Source: Fidelibacterota bacterium (GTDB lineage: Bacteria > Fidelibacterota > Fidelibacteria > Fidelibacterales > DSDE01). From it: a stretch of 64,000 bases of DNA. How positions within the stretch are numbered: the first letter of the stretch is position 1; every line of letters begins with the position of its first letter. Shown here piece by piece: positions 28,369 to 37,849 of this stretch. The notes beneath the pieces were generated by a model, which searched no databases, was not told where the DNA came from, and was given only the letters and a program-made list of their open reading frames with translations. The position numbers and the translations under genes were made by a program. The DNA is taken from the NCBI GenBank assembly GCA_046735395.1, contig JBJKQR010000047.1:1-64000 (forward strand). The letters are read 5' to 3'.

Positions 28369-29268
28369 ATGTCAATAGTCGTAGTCGGGTCCGTCGCCCT
28401 GGATACGGTCGAGACGCCACGGGGGCGCAGAGAAAATGCCCTGGGTGGCTCCGCAACCTATTTCAGCCTGGCCAGCAGCAGGTTCTCACATACAGGACTT
28501 GTAGGAATTGCCGGCCGGGATTTCCCTGAATCGGGGCTCAGGCTTCTCAAGGAATCGGGTGTGGATACGGAAGGACTGGATATCGTGTCCGGCAAGACCT
28601 TCCGCTGGGGAGGACGCTATAAGGCCAACCTGAATAAACGGGACACCATTTTTACAGAACTGAACGTATTTGAACATTTCAACCCGAGTCTTCCCGAATC
28701 CTACCGGAATTGTGATATCCTCTTTCTGGGAAATATTCATCCGGAGCTGCAGCTGCATGTTCTGAATCAGGTGCAGGACGGTGCTCTGAAGGTGCTGGAT
28801 ACCATGAATCTCTGGATTGATATCAGCCGGGACAAACTTCTGGAAGTCATACGCCGAATCGATGTCATCATCATCAATGATGACGAGATCCGGCAGCTGA
28901 CCCGGATGTCAAATGTGTACCAGGCGGCTGAAGAGCTTCTGCGAATGGGGCCACGGACGCTGATCCTGAAAAAGGGCGAATACGGCGCGGTTCTTTTTCA
29001 TGAGAACCGGATGTTCCTCATGCCGGCCTATCCTGTTGCGGATCCGGTGGATCCCACTGGTGCCGGTGATACCTTCGCCGGTGGCTTTCTCGGCTATCTC
29101 GGATCTCTGAAAACCATTAAATCCGAGGACTATCGTATGGCCATGGTGTACGGTACGGTGATGGCATCCTTTCTGGTGGAAAGTTTCAGCACGGATAAAC
29201 TTACGGCGGTGACGGAAGACGAGATTCAGCAGCGAATCAGCGAAATGAAGGACATGATTTCCCTGTGA
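28369..29268 (+). CDS. PfkB family carbohydrate/nucleoside kinase
   Basis: VVGSVALD, GGSATY, KKGEYGA and DPTGAGDTFAGG motifs. Confidence 0.92.
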   Translation: MSIVVVGSVALDTVETPRGRRENALGGSATYFSLASSRFSHTGLVGIAGRDFPESGLRLLKESGVDTEGLDIVSGKTFRWGGRYKANLNKRDTIFTELNVFEHFNPSLPESYRNCDILFLGNIHPELQLHVLNQVQDGALKVLDTMNLWIDISRDKLLEVIRRIDVIIINDDEIRQLTRMSNVYQAAEELLRMGPRTLILKKGEYGAVLFHENRMFLMPAYPVADPVDPTGAGDTFAGGFLGYLGSLKTIKSEDYRMAMVYGTVMASFLVESFSTDKLTAVTEDEIQQRISEMKDMISL

Positions 29269-29366
29269 GGTGATTTGTATCAAGATATCTTTTTCCCTCC
29301 GGAATTTTTTAAAAAACGGGTCCGTAACATTCACCCGAATGTTGTAAATTCCCGCAGGAGGGAAGG

Positions 29367-30161
29367 ATGATTCGTTTTTTTACTGTTTTGCTGTTTTTCA
29401 CGGGCTTGCTGTACTCTGCTTCAGAGGATCCCTATCTGTACTGCAGCGGGGATTACGGAAGTACCTACCGGTTGGACAAAATGAGCCTGGAGATCATCTG
29501 GTATTCCCGCTACGGTGATACTCTGGCCCAGGTTACGACCCTCGGCAGCACCGGATTTAACATGGGTGTACCCTCCGATATCAGTTATCAGTCTCCGGAC
29601 AGGCTTCTGATTCTGGACAAGCAGAAACGCAGTTTTTACGAATTCAATCGTAATCTGGTTTTTATCTCCGTGATTCAATTGTCCGATCCTCTCATCTCAC
29701 CGGTCCGGTTTACCATGCAAAATGATAACAGCATCCTGATCTATGATGATTTTCATCAGCAGTTGTTTCGCTATTACCGGGACCAGCTGACGCTGTTTGC
29801 CGAAGAATCTCTCTTTTACGCAACGATGGACAGAAATATTGCGCTCAAGGTTTTTGATAATATTGTACATGTTTATCTCCCGGGTGAAGGGCTCATTTAT
29901 CAGTTCAATTCCAGCGGACAGCTGCTGAACAAGATCAGCCTTCCCCCCACCGTCTCGGGAACGGAGACGTCCTTTGCTCCGATGCCACGGAACCGCTATG
30001 TCATATATTCGCCCAATTCGCTTACATCCTACGATTATCGCAAAAAAAGTGAACATTCCCTGTCCGTACTGGGCCTTCGATGGTGTCAGTCCTACCAGAC
30101 GCAGGCAGTGCTGATGGAGGGCAGTGACAAACCGAGTTTTAGAATTGTCAGTATCAGATGA
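29367..30161 (+). CDS. Hypothetical secreted protein (possible beta-propeller)
   Basis: 264 aa ORF with signal peptide and strong SD. Repeated short beta-type units (PSDI..LLILD, ILIYD, VHVY). Confidence 0.65.
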   Translation: MIRFFTVLLFFTGLLYSASEDPYLYCSGDYGSTYRLDKMSLEIIWYSRYGDTLAQVTTLGSTGFNMGVPSDISYQSPDRLLILDKQKRSFYEFNRNLVFISVIQLSDPLISPVRFTMQNDNSILIYDDFHQQLFRYYRDQLTLFAEESLFYATMDRNIALKVFDNIVHVYLPGEGLIYQFNSSGQLLNKISLPPTVSGTETSFAPMPRNRYVIYSPNSLTSYDYRKKSEHSLSVLGLRWCQSYQTQAVLMEGSDKPSFRIVSIR

Positions 30162-30171
30162 GGTATAACCC

Positions 30172-33100
30172 ATTCCCACACTGCGGCTGCGCCGAATCAT
30201 AAGGCTGGTCCTGATTTTCCGTTTTGCGGCAGCAAGCTCCACATATACGGAAAACCTGACCCTGATTCCACAGCAGATCGTTTACCGGCTTTCTCACCAT
30301 TACCTGAGCGGGGAAAAGCTGGAATCCGGTGCGGGTATCGATTCTCTGCGCTGGACTCTGGACCGGACACGGGGACGGTTCATTCTGCTATCGCCCGTTT
30401 CGGATACGTTGAACATTCGTCTTACCTACTGCTACAGTGATCAGGATATTCCGGATCATTTCACTCTGAATATCGGAAAGCATGATGCTGCTCCGTTACC
30501 CGTGGGGCCGGATGATCGGATCCAATCCCCGGAAAATGAATCTGATATCCGGGCGCGAGGATCCGTTCTGCGAAGTCTGCAGGTATCCTCCCTCTCCGGA
30601 AGTGAGATACAGAACGATATGAATCTGAGTATCACCGGAAAACTGTCGGAAAAAACGCGGATTGAAGGGCATCTTTCCGATAATAATGCGGCCGTGTCCG
30701 AAAGCGGCAGCAGCGCCACCCTGAAGGAAATTGATAATATTTACATCCGTGTGGACGGGCCGGAAGCACAGCTTGAATTTGGTGATGTGCTGGCCGGATC
30801 CGATGTATCACCCTTGCTTGCGTACAGAAAAAAGATCCTTGGAGTGACGGCGTCCTATTCCGGGACCGGCATGGCTGCTTCGGGCTTTGCCGGTACGGCG
30901 AGGGGAAAATATTATCGACAGATTCTGGCCTGTACCGAGGGAAATCAGGGGCCTTATTCATTGTCCGGAGCATCTGTCGGCGGGCAGATATTTATCGTGC
31001 CGGGCAGCGAGAAGGTCTGGCTTGACGGGAAGCTGCTTCCAACGGAGGCCTACACGCTCTATTACCGGGACGCGGAAATCCTTTTTGCGCCGGAGCATCT
31101 CATCTCGGAGCAGTCGCGCATCGTGGTGGAATATTCCTATCAGGATCAGGTTTTTCCACGCACATCTGCAGGCGCCGAGATACGCCGGAACTGGGAGTGG
31201 ATACAGCTGCGATCGGCGTTCGTTATGGAAAAGGACGACTGGAATAATCCGGCTGATCCGCTGTTGTCGAGACTTTCACCGGACAGCCTGGCACGGATCA
31301 CGGACAGTGATTCGCTGCGCATCGCTCTGTCCACGGCTATTGCCGACAGCAGTGGTGATTATGTGGACGAGAACGGGGTGTGGGTATATGCCGGCCATGG
31401 CAAGGGAAGCCATATGGTTTATTTTTATCGTGAGACACGGGTTGGTGGATATGTGAGACGCCTGGACAGTGATGGCCTGGCTTATTTTTCCTATGCTCCG
31501 GACGAGGCCGGATCCTGTTATTTCCCGCGCAGATGGATAGAGACTCCGGGTCAGCTGAGCAGCGGTGTAGTGGCTCTGACCGCCGGAAAATCGGAGCAGA
31601 GACGTCTGCAGATTGAGCAGAGCTATTCTGCCTCAAAACCCAATCTCTACCGTGAACGCAGCGCTTCGACCGGCGGGATAACCGATATTACACTGAATTA
31701 CAGCCCCCGTTCCTGGGAAAAGCATTTTTCCCTGTCCGGAAAATATTGGGCAAGACAGGAGAATACGGTTTCATTTGAAGCGCTTTTTCAACCGGATTTT
31801 GCCCGGCAGAGCGGGCTACAGTCCAGCCGTGATCTTCGATCCATTCTGAAAAGCGAAGCGGAACTGTCTCTGAACGGAATGTCTCTTACAGCTGCCTGGA
31901 ATAATTTTCAGAGCTACTCGGAAGCAGCACGGTCCCGGGCAGATCTTCGGCTTCGATCCCAGCGATCGATCCCTTTTGAATTCTCACTGACGCGGCTGTA
32001 TTCGGGTGCTTTTCTGCCCTGGTATGATCTGACGGCCACTGTAGATTATCCGTTGCCAGGGAAGATTCAGCTGAAGAGCGAATATCTGGAGGAGTACCAT
32101 GACAGTGTCTTCGCCAATCTCCTTCCCGCCTTCCGCCGGCGATTCACACAGACGCTGAATCTGTCTGAGTCTGTCAGGCTGCAGGGCGTGTACCATGAAG
32201 ACAGGGAACGGATCGACGGAAAATTTCAGAATCCGGACATCAGGCAGGATCTGCTCATTCAGCTTAGCCGGTCCCGCCATTCGCAGCTTCAATTTCTGAG
32301 TACCCTGAATATCCGGCAGGATCGTCAGGATCAGCAGAGACAGAGGTATTTTCTGGGTCAGAACCGGTTACAGTGGCGGCCCGCAAGCCTTCCTCTGAGT
32401 ATACAGGTGGATGACAATGTGAACCGAAGCAGTGAAAATTTACGGGAAGCCGTGTATGTCTATGCAGGAGAAGGACTGGGGAATTACCGCTGGGATCCGG
32501 TGTACGGGGAATATGTTCCGGACCCGCTGGGAACCCATATATTGCGTTTCGAACTGTCACCGGAGAAACAGCAGGAAATTTCTCACAAAAATGAAGGTAG
32601 TGTGGATTTTTCACCGCGATTTCATGGAAAATCAGGAATTACAGTGAATGCAAAATTGAACTATCTTCTTGATTACAGAGCCGCTGATTTTATCCTTGCA
32701 CGGAACCTGGAGCGGACCCGGGTCAGTACCGATAATCTGTATTCCGGGCGGAACCGTTTCCGGCAGGATATCCGGCTGCAGTCTCCCGGCCGGAAAAAAA
32801 TGATCCTGTTGGCCTGGGAAGGGGATCGGCAGCAGAATCTCATGGATCTGGCCCGTCAGCAGATAAGTTCTCTCTCGCTTTTTGAAATCCGCTACCGGTC
32901 CCGCACCGCTGTTGGCAGCCGGTCTCTGTATTACCAGTACAGGGATTATTTCCGGGAAAAACTGTCCGGCACCGGGTACCAGATCCGAAATTTTCGTAAC
33001 GAAGCCGGGGCTGAACTGTCACGTCCGATTTTTAGTGCTATCGATATGAAGACGGCCTATCACCATAGTTCCAATCTCAGTTTCTTCGGAAAGGTATTTA

Positions 33101-33384
33101 CGACCACGGTCAATTCACTCGAACTGGATCTGCGCTATGAACCGAAAGAGGGTGAGCGGATGCGGTTTCAGATAACTCAGTTTCTCGTTTCATCCGATGG
33201 TCCGCGCGTCCTGCCCTATGAAAGTGCGGACGGACTGAACCGGGGTAACAGCCAGCAGCTGCTCCTGACCTATGACAAACAGTTGAGTAACAGTCTGAGC
33301 GCATCTCTGCAGCTGCAGCGGCGAACCCGGGAAGGGAGCCGTGATCTCAATCTGGCCAGAATGGAAATAAAGGCGTATTTCTGA
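30172..33384 (+). CDS. Large outer-membrane beta-barrel protein with SprA-like N-terminal segments
   Basis: The frame is open from 30169. The track start 30409 lacks a signal peptide, while the upstream in-frame stretch reads like one. Amphipathic strands, C-terminal ...EIKAYF, NLSITGKLS and IVPGSEKVWLDG...YTLYY motifs. Start uncertain. Confidence 0.65.
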   Translation: MPTLRLRRIIRLVLIFRFAAASSTYTENLTLIPQQIVYRLSHHYLSGEKLESGAGIDSLRWTLDRTRGRFILLSPVSDTLNIRLTYCYSDQDIPDHFTLNIGKHDAAPLPVGPDDRIQSPENESDIRARGSVLRSLQVSSLSGSEIQNDMNLSITGKLSEKTRIEGHLSDNNAAVSESGSSATLKEIDNIYIRVDGPEAQLEFGDVLAGSDVSPLLAYRKKILGVTASYSGTGMAASGFAGTARGKYYRQILACTEGNQGPYSLSGASVGGQIFIVPGSEKVWLDGKLLPTEAYTLYYRDAEILFAPEHLISEQSRIVVEYSYQDQVFPRTSAGAEIRRNWEWIQLRSAFVMEKDDWNNPADPLLSRLSPDSLARITDSDSLRIALSTAIADSSGDYVDENGVWVYAGHGKGSHMVYFYRETRVGGYVRRLDSDGLAYFSYAPDEAGSCYFPRRWIETPGQLSSGVVALTAGKSEQRRLQIEQSYSASKPNLYRERSASTGGITDITLNYSPRSWEKHFSLSGKYWARQENTVSFEALFQPDFARQSGLQSSRDLRSILKSEAELSLNGMSLTAAWNNFQSYSEAARSRADLRLRSQRSIPFEFSLTRLYSGAFLPWYDLTATVDYPLPGKIQLKSEYLEEYHDSVFANLLPAFRRRFTQTLNLSESVRLQGVYHEDRERIDGKFQNPDIRQDLLIQLSRSRHSQLQFLSTLNIRQDRQDQQRQRYFLGQNRLQWRPASLPLSIQVDDNVNRSSENLREAVYVYAGEGLGNYRWDPVYGEYVPDPLGTHILRFELSPEKQQEISHKNEGSVDFSPRFHGKSGITVNAKLNYLLDYRAADFILARNLERTRVSTDNLYSGRNRFRQDIRLQSPGRKKMILLAWEGDRQQNLMDLARQQISSLSLFEIRYRSRTAVGSRSLYYQYRDYFREKLSGTGYQIRNFRNEAGAELSRPIFSAIDMKTAYHHSSNLSFFGKVFTTTVNSLELDLRYEPKEGERMRFQITQFLVSSDGPRVLPYESADGLNRGNSQQLLLTYDKQLSNSLSASLQLQRRTREGSRDLNLARMEIKAYF

Positions 33385-34724
33385 TGAGAAAATGGGTTGC
33401 GGGCGGAATTCTTGCTGTATTGCTGATCGGGACGGTTTCACCGGGCCTGGCAGATCCCATGCAGCTTATAATTGATTCTGATACGATGTCTGTTTCAGAT
33501 GCTGCTGACATACCGGGAATCCTTTCAACGCGTCTGAGAATTGTTGCCGACAAGGGCTACCCCCATGCGGAATGTGTCCTTTCGGCCTATTACAGGGAAA
33601 ATGGAGAGGATCGTTTTATTTATCATTTAAGCGGCGGGGATTTTGTGCAGATCGATTCGGTTATTTATGGTGATTACAGCATGTCGGAAGCGGCCTATCT
33701 CAACTATCTGGCCGGATACCCCGGGATTGGCGTTCCCTTCAGTTACAGCGCCGCCGAAAAAGCCGTCCGGTTGTTAAATCATACACCGGCACTGATTCAC
33801 TGCGCCCAGCCTGAAATCGAAGGGCGGACTCTGGTTCTCCCGGTGAAAAAAACGGAAAAGGCGGGGCTGGATGGTGTCATGTCCTATAAAAATGAAGGGA
33901 AGGCCAGGGTATTCGGAGAGCTGTGGCTTCATCTGGAAAATATCAGCCGCCTCGGACGGATTCTGGAATTCCGCTGGCAGCATCCGGACGAATCCGGACA
34001 TTATATCTTTGGCCGGGCTGAGGAAAAATTTCCCTTTTCACTGCCCTTGAGCCTTTCGGGTGAATTCAGCCAGGAATTTCGGGATTCATCCTATGTCCGA
34101 CGCAGATGGCAGGCTGATCTGTCTCATTATCTGCGGCCCGGTCTGCAGATCGGCGTTCATGTTTTTCAGGAAGAAATCAGCACGAATCAGAGCGAAGCCA
34201 CGCTGGATTATACGCAGGAATCCTATTCCGGCAGCGGAATCCGGGCCTTCTGGTCACAGATGGGGGAGAGGCTTGACTGGCGAACCCGATTGAATGCGGA
34301 TGTGTCGAAATCCAATGTCCGGACTCTCTATGCAGCGGATTTTTTCTCTCAGCTCAATATCAGAAAAGGGTCGGGATTCGGAGCCCTGAGCCTTCGTGCA
34401 GCAGGGCTGAAAAGTGCTGGACAGATTCCCGCCTGTTTTCGGATGACTACGGCATCGGCTGATTTTCTGCAGGCTGAAGACCCCGAACTCACACGAAGCC
34501 TGAGCTACGGCGGAGCCACTCTGGGAGGCGGATTCAGAAATGCTTCATCCCGGGTGGAATTATTTGTCGAGCTTGTCCGTTTTTTCGACCGTCATGAACA
34601 GATTGTCAATGGGGGCGTGGCCATGACAGTACCGGCCGCCAGCCGGAAGGTGACGCTGATTCTGGCCTTCAATCCGGAGCGGTCCTGGTCCGCAGGGAAG
34701 CTGCATATAGTCTGGGAATTATAG
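33384..34724 (+). CDS. Divergent Omp85 (BamA/TamA-like) outer-membrane protein with POTRA-like region
   Basis: Signal peptide, GYPHA...IDSVIY...PFSY POTRA-like stretch and a C-terminal barrel ending KLHIVWEL. Starts on the last base of the upstream stop codon. Confidence 0.55.
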   Translation: MRKWVAGGILAVLLIGTVSPGLADPMQLIIDSDTMSVSDAADIPGILSTRLRIVADKGYPHAECVLSAYYRENGEDRFIYHLSGGDFVQIDSVIYGDYSMSEAAYLNYLAGYPGIGVPFSYSAAEKAVRLLNHTPALIHCAQPEIEGRTLVLPVKKTEKAGLDGVMSYKNEGKARVFGELWLHLENISRLGRILEFRWQHPDESGHYIFGRAEEKFPFSLPLSLSGEFSQEFRDSSYVRRRWQADLSHYLRPGLQIGVHVFQEEISTNQSEATLDYTQESYSGSGIRAFWSQMGERLDWRTRLNADVSKSNVRTLYAADFFSQLNIRKGSGFGALSLRAAGLKSAGQIPACFRMTTASADFLQAEDPELTRSLSYGGATLGGGFRNASSRVELFVELVRFFDRHEQIVNGGVAMTVPAASRKVTLILAFNPERSWSAGKLHIVWEL

Positions 34725-34733
34725 AAAAATTTA

Positions 34734-35786
34734 CTAAAAAACCGTATTGCCGCTGAAGTTGTGCTTCGGAACGATCAGCTGTTCATCGATACCGAGCAGT
34801 GCGATGAATTGTTTCAGGATACGCTGGTTGAATTTGTTCTCTTTCGACAGCAGGTGCCGGACGGCATTGCCCGGTGTGTCCGCAGGAGAGTAGGATCTGC
34901 GGGTGGTGATGGCATCGTAGATATCCACAATGGAGGCCATATTTGAATAAAGACTCAGGATGGATCCCTTGAGTCCCATGGGATAGCCGCTTCCGTCCTG
35001 ATGTTCGTGGTGCTGCCCGATGATGAGCAGACTCAGGTCACTGACCGATCCGGATGCTCTGGCGATATTGACTCCAATCTGCGGATGCTGTCTCATTAAT
35101 TTCCATTCATCTTCATTCAGCGCTTTCGGCTTGTTGATGATATCCTGGCTGATGTCGGACTTCCCTAGATCGTGAAGCAGGCCGCCATGGCCGATCTCAA
35201 CGAGCTTTTCCCGGTCCGTAATACCCAGCTCCCGGGCGAGAGCAATGAGGAAAATGCTGACATTTACGGAGTGAGTGTAGGTATAATTATCATTTTTCTG
35301 AAGTTTGATCAGATCCAGGACACTTTTCTGGTCGCGATACAGAAATTCAATGGTATGGCCGATAACCTTCCGGGACGTACTGATGGCGGCACCGGATCGG
35401 GGATCTGTAAATACATCCTCGATAATGTTCCGTGTAATGGAATGGAGAAAACCGACTTTTTCGCCCGAATCTATATTTGTCTCATTCAGTTTCAGGGACA
35501 GATTGTCCACGACATAATTTTCAAAGGTTTCCCGGTCCTCCCGGAGGATGAACATCTTGTTATGCCGGTTGGCCAGGAGTTTGGTGATGCGGTTTTTATC
35601 GAGCCAGGTGCCCTTTTTCACGTAGAGAGCGCAGTAATCATCGGATTGTATATAGAGATCTACGGTAATTTCACTGTCAATATACAGTTTTCGAATATCT
35701 ATTTCCCGGGCAGCATCACGGTGAATCAGGCCCGTGTAGGATCCGGACTGGTTCTGGGTCATTTTATCTTTCGGTGTTGGGTTCAT
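34734..35786 (-). CDS. HD-GYP domain c-di-GMP phosphodiesterase
   Basis: YTYTHSVNV, LLHDLGK, HP, HHEHQDGSGYP and DIYDAIT motifs. Confidence 0.92.
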   Translation of the reverse strand: MNPTPKDKMTQNQSGSYTGLIHRDAAREIDIRKLYIDSEITVDLYIQSDDYCALYVKKGTWLDKNRITKLLANRHNKMFILREDRETFENYVVDNLSLKLNETNIDSGEKVGFLHSITRNIIEDVFTDPRSGAAISTSRKVIGHTIEFLYRDQKSVLDLIKLQKNDNYTYTHSVNVSIFLIALARELGITDREKLVEIGHGGLLHDLGKSDISQDIINKPKALNEDEWKLMRQHPQIGVNIARASGSVSDLSLLIIGQHHEHQDGSGYPMGLKGSILSLYSNMASIVDIYDAITTRRSYSPADTPGNAVRHLLSKENKFNQRILKQFIALLGIDEQLIVPKHNFSGNTVF

Positions 35787-35827
35787 GGTCAAAATACAGG
35801 GAAAATACTCTTTTCTTCATATCCTGG

Positions 35828-37753
35828 TTACAGTTCCATATTATCAATAACTTCAATACGCTCGGAGAGTTCCAGCCATTGACCTTCCTTTTCATTCAAT
35901 TCCGTTCGGACCTCCCGGAAACGCAGCGTTTTTGACTTTTTTTCGTCGGCGTTGAGGGATGAAAAGGCGGAGGATGACAAGAGTTCCGTCAAATCGTTCT
36001 GTTCGGATTCCAATGATTTTATTTCGGATTCGAGGGCCTTGATGGAATTGACAAGGTCCTTTTTCAGGTCGAACTTCTTTTTGCGGATCTCGGCTTCGCG
36101 CCGTTTCCTGTCCCGAAGGTTTTCGCGGGGAGTTTCGGCCGGTTTTGCTTCGGTCTGCAGCTTTTCCGCCTTCCAAATCTCGAACTCACTGTAGTTGCCG
36201 GTAAAGGCAGTGAGTGTCCCGCCGGAAAAGGCGTAGATTCTGCTCACCAGCATATCCAGAAAAAAACGGTCGTGACTGACGAGACACAGGGTCCCGTCGT
36301 AGGCATCAAGCGCTTCCGCCAGTATTTCACGGCTTTCCATATCGAGATGATTCGTCGGCTCATCCATGACAATGACATTGGCTCGGCTGAGCAATATTTT
36401 CAGCAGGACAACCCGGCTCTTTTCGCCGCCGCTGAGAATGGAGATCTTTTTATCCACATCATCTCCGCTGAACAGAAAATTTCCCAGTGCGGACCGAAGT
36501 TGGGTCATACTCAGGTCCGGAGCGCTGCTGCGGATTTCCTCCAGGATGCTGCTGTCGGGGTGAAGATTCTGCAGCTGATGCTGGGCAAAGTAGGCAATCT
36601 TCAGATTCTGTCCCAGTGCCATCTGTCCGGATTTTGCGGTGAGTTCACCGATGATGAGACGTATCAGTGTACTTTTTCCGCTTCCGTTCTCACCAACCAG
36701 GGCGATGCGTTCACCCCGGCGGATTTCCATATTCACATTCTGAAATACGGGAGTGCTGCCGTAGGCAAAGGTCAGATCGCGGATCTGCAGAACCGGATCA
36801 CCGCTTCGGGAGGAGGGCGGAAAACTGAAGCGAATATGCCGCCGCTCCGAAGACAGGGTCTCCTGCGTTTCCCGGTTGAGCATTTTCAGTCGGCTCTGCA
36901 CCTGCCTGGCCTTGGTCGCCTTGTAGCGAAAACGTTCAATAAAATCTTCGATCTGTTTGCGGCGTTTTTCCTGATTTCGGATGCGGGCTTCCATCTGGCG
37001 GTATTCCACTTCCTTCCGATCCTCAAATTCACTGAAATTTCCCGGGTACAGACGGAGGGCGCCCTGATCGATCTCCGCCACATGTGTGCTGAGCCGGTCG
37101 AGAAAATACCGGTCATGCGACACCATGACAATGGTTCCTGTGTAATCCATGAGAAAATTCTCAAACCAGACCAGGGTGTCAAGATCCAGATGATTCGTCG
37201 GTTCATCGAGAAGAAGCAGAGAGGGGTTTTTCAGAAGGAGATGTGCCATGGAAATGCGCATTCTCCAGCCTCCGCTGAAACTGCTGACGGGGCGATTCCA
37301 GCTGTCTTCCGGGAATCCGAGGCCACCCAGAATGCGGCGCGCCTTGGCTTCATATTCATATCCTTCCTGATGGCGGTACAATTCCTGCAGCTCGCTGTAG
37401 CGTTTCATATCCCCTTCATCCGCTTCCCGTGACAGGCTTGCCTCCAGATCCCTCATTTCCTGTTCCATGGAGAGAAGATCGGTGCGGCCGCTGAGAACCA
37501 CGGCCAGAACGGATTCATCCAGCACGTCCTGATCCAGCTCCTGCCGAAGATACCCGATACTCAGGGACGAAGGACGGTTGATCTGTCCCTGATACTGCAT
37601 TTCCCGTCCGGAAATAATATTCAGCAGCGTTGTCTTACCGCTTCCGTTCGGTCCGTACAGCGCCGTCCGGCTCCCCGGCTTCAGTGAAAAATTCAGGCTG
37701 TCGAAGAGCTGCTTCGAACCGAAATTCAGAGATATGTCACTAAGCTGTATCAT
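35828..37753 (-). CDS. ABC-F family ATP-binding protein
   Basis: Two NBDs (GPNGSGKT/FSGGW/LDEPTNHLD and GENGSGKS/LSGGE/MDEPTNHLD), no TM segments, coiled-coil tail. Confidence 0.94.
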   Translation of the reverse strand: MIQLSDISLNFGSKQLFDSLNFSLKPGSRTALYGPNGSGKTTLLNIISGREMQYQGQINRPSSLSIGYLRQELDQDVLDESVLAVVLSGRTDLLSMEQEMRDLEASLSREADEGDMKRYSELQELYRHQEGYEYEAKARRILGGLGFPEDSWNRPVSSFSGGWRMRISMAHLLLKNPSLLLLDEPTNHLDLDTLVWFENFLMDYTGTIVMVSHDRYFLDRLSTHVAEIDQGALRLYPGNFSEFEDRKEVEYRQMEARIRNQEKRRKQIEDFIERFRYKATKARQVQSRLKMLNRETQETLSSERRHIRFSFPPSSRSGDPVLQIRDLTFAYGSTPVFQNVNMEIRRGERIALVGENGSGKSTLIRLIIGELTAKSGQMALGQNLKIAYFAQHQLQNLHPDSSILEEIRSSAPDLSMTQLRSALGNFLFSGDDVDKKISILSGGEKSRVVLLKILLSRANVIVMDEPTNHLDMESREILAEALDAYDGTLCLVSHDRFFLDMLVSRIYAFSGGTLTAFTGNYSEFEIWKAEKLQTEAKPAETPRENLRDRKRREAEIRKKKFDLKKDLVNSIKALESEIKSLESEQNDLTELLSSSAFSSLNADEKKSKTLRFREVRTELNEKEGQWLELSERIEVIDNMEL

Positions 37754-37849
37754 GGACCGTCCTAAAATTCAGAGCGGAAATATACATAATGAAGACTTCA
37801 ATGAACATGATAAAATCTGCTGCGGTCTGTAGTCCGGAAAGCCGGGAAC

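Noticed and set aside
36272..37432. 386-aa ORF opposite the ABC-F gene (similarly 9791-10900, 50497-51534, 3923-4768, 62494-63396)
   Set aside because: Antisense shadows of well-supported genes.
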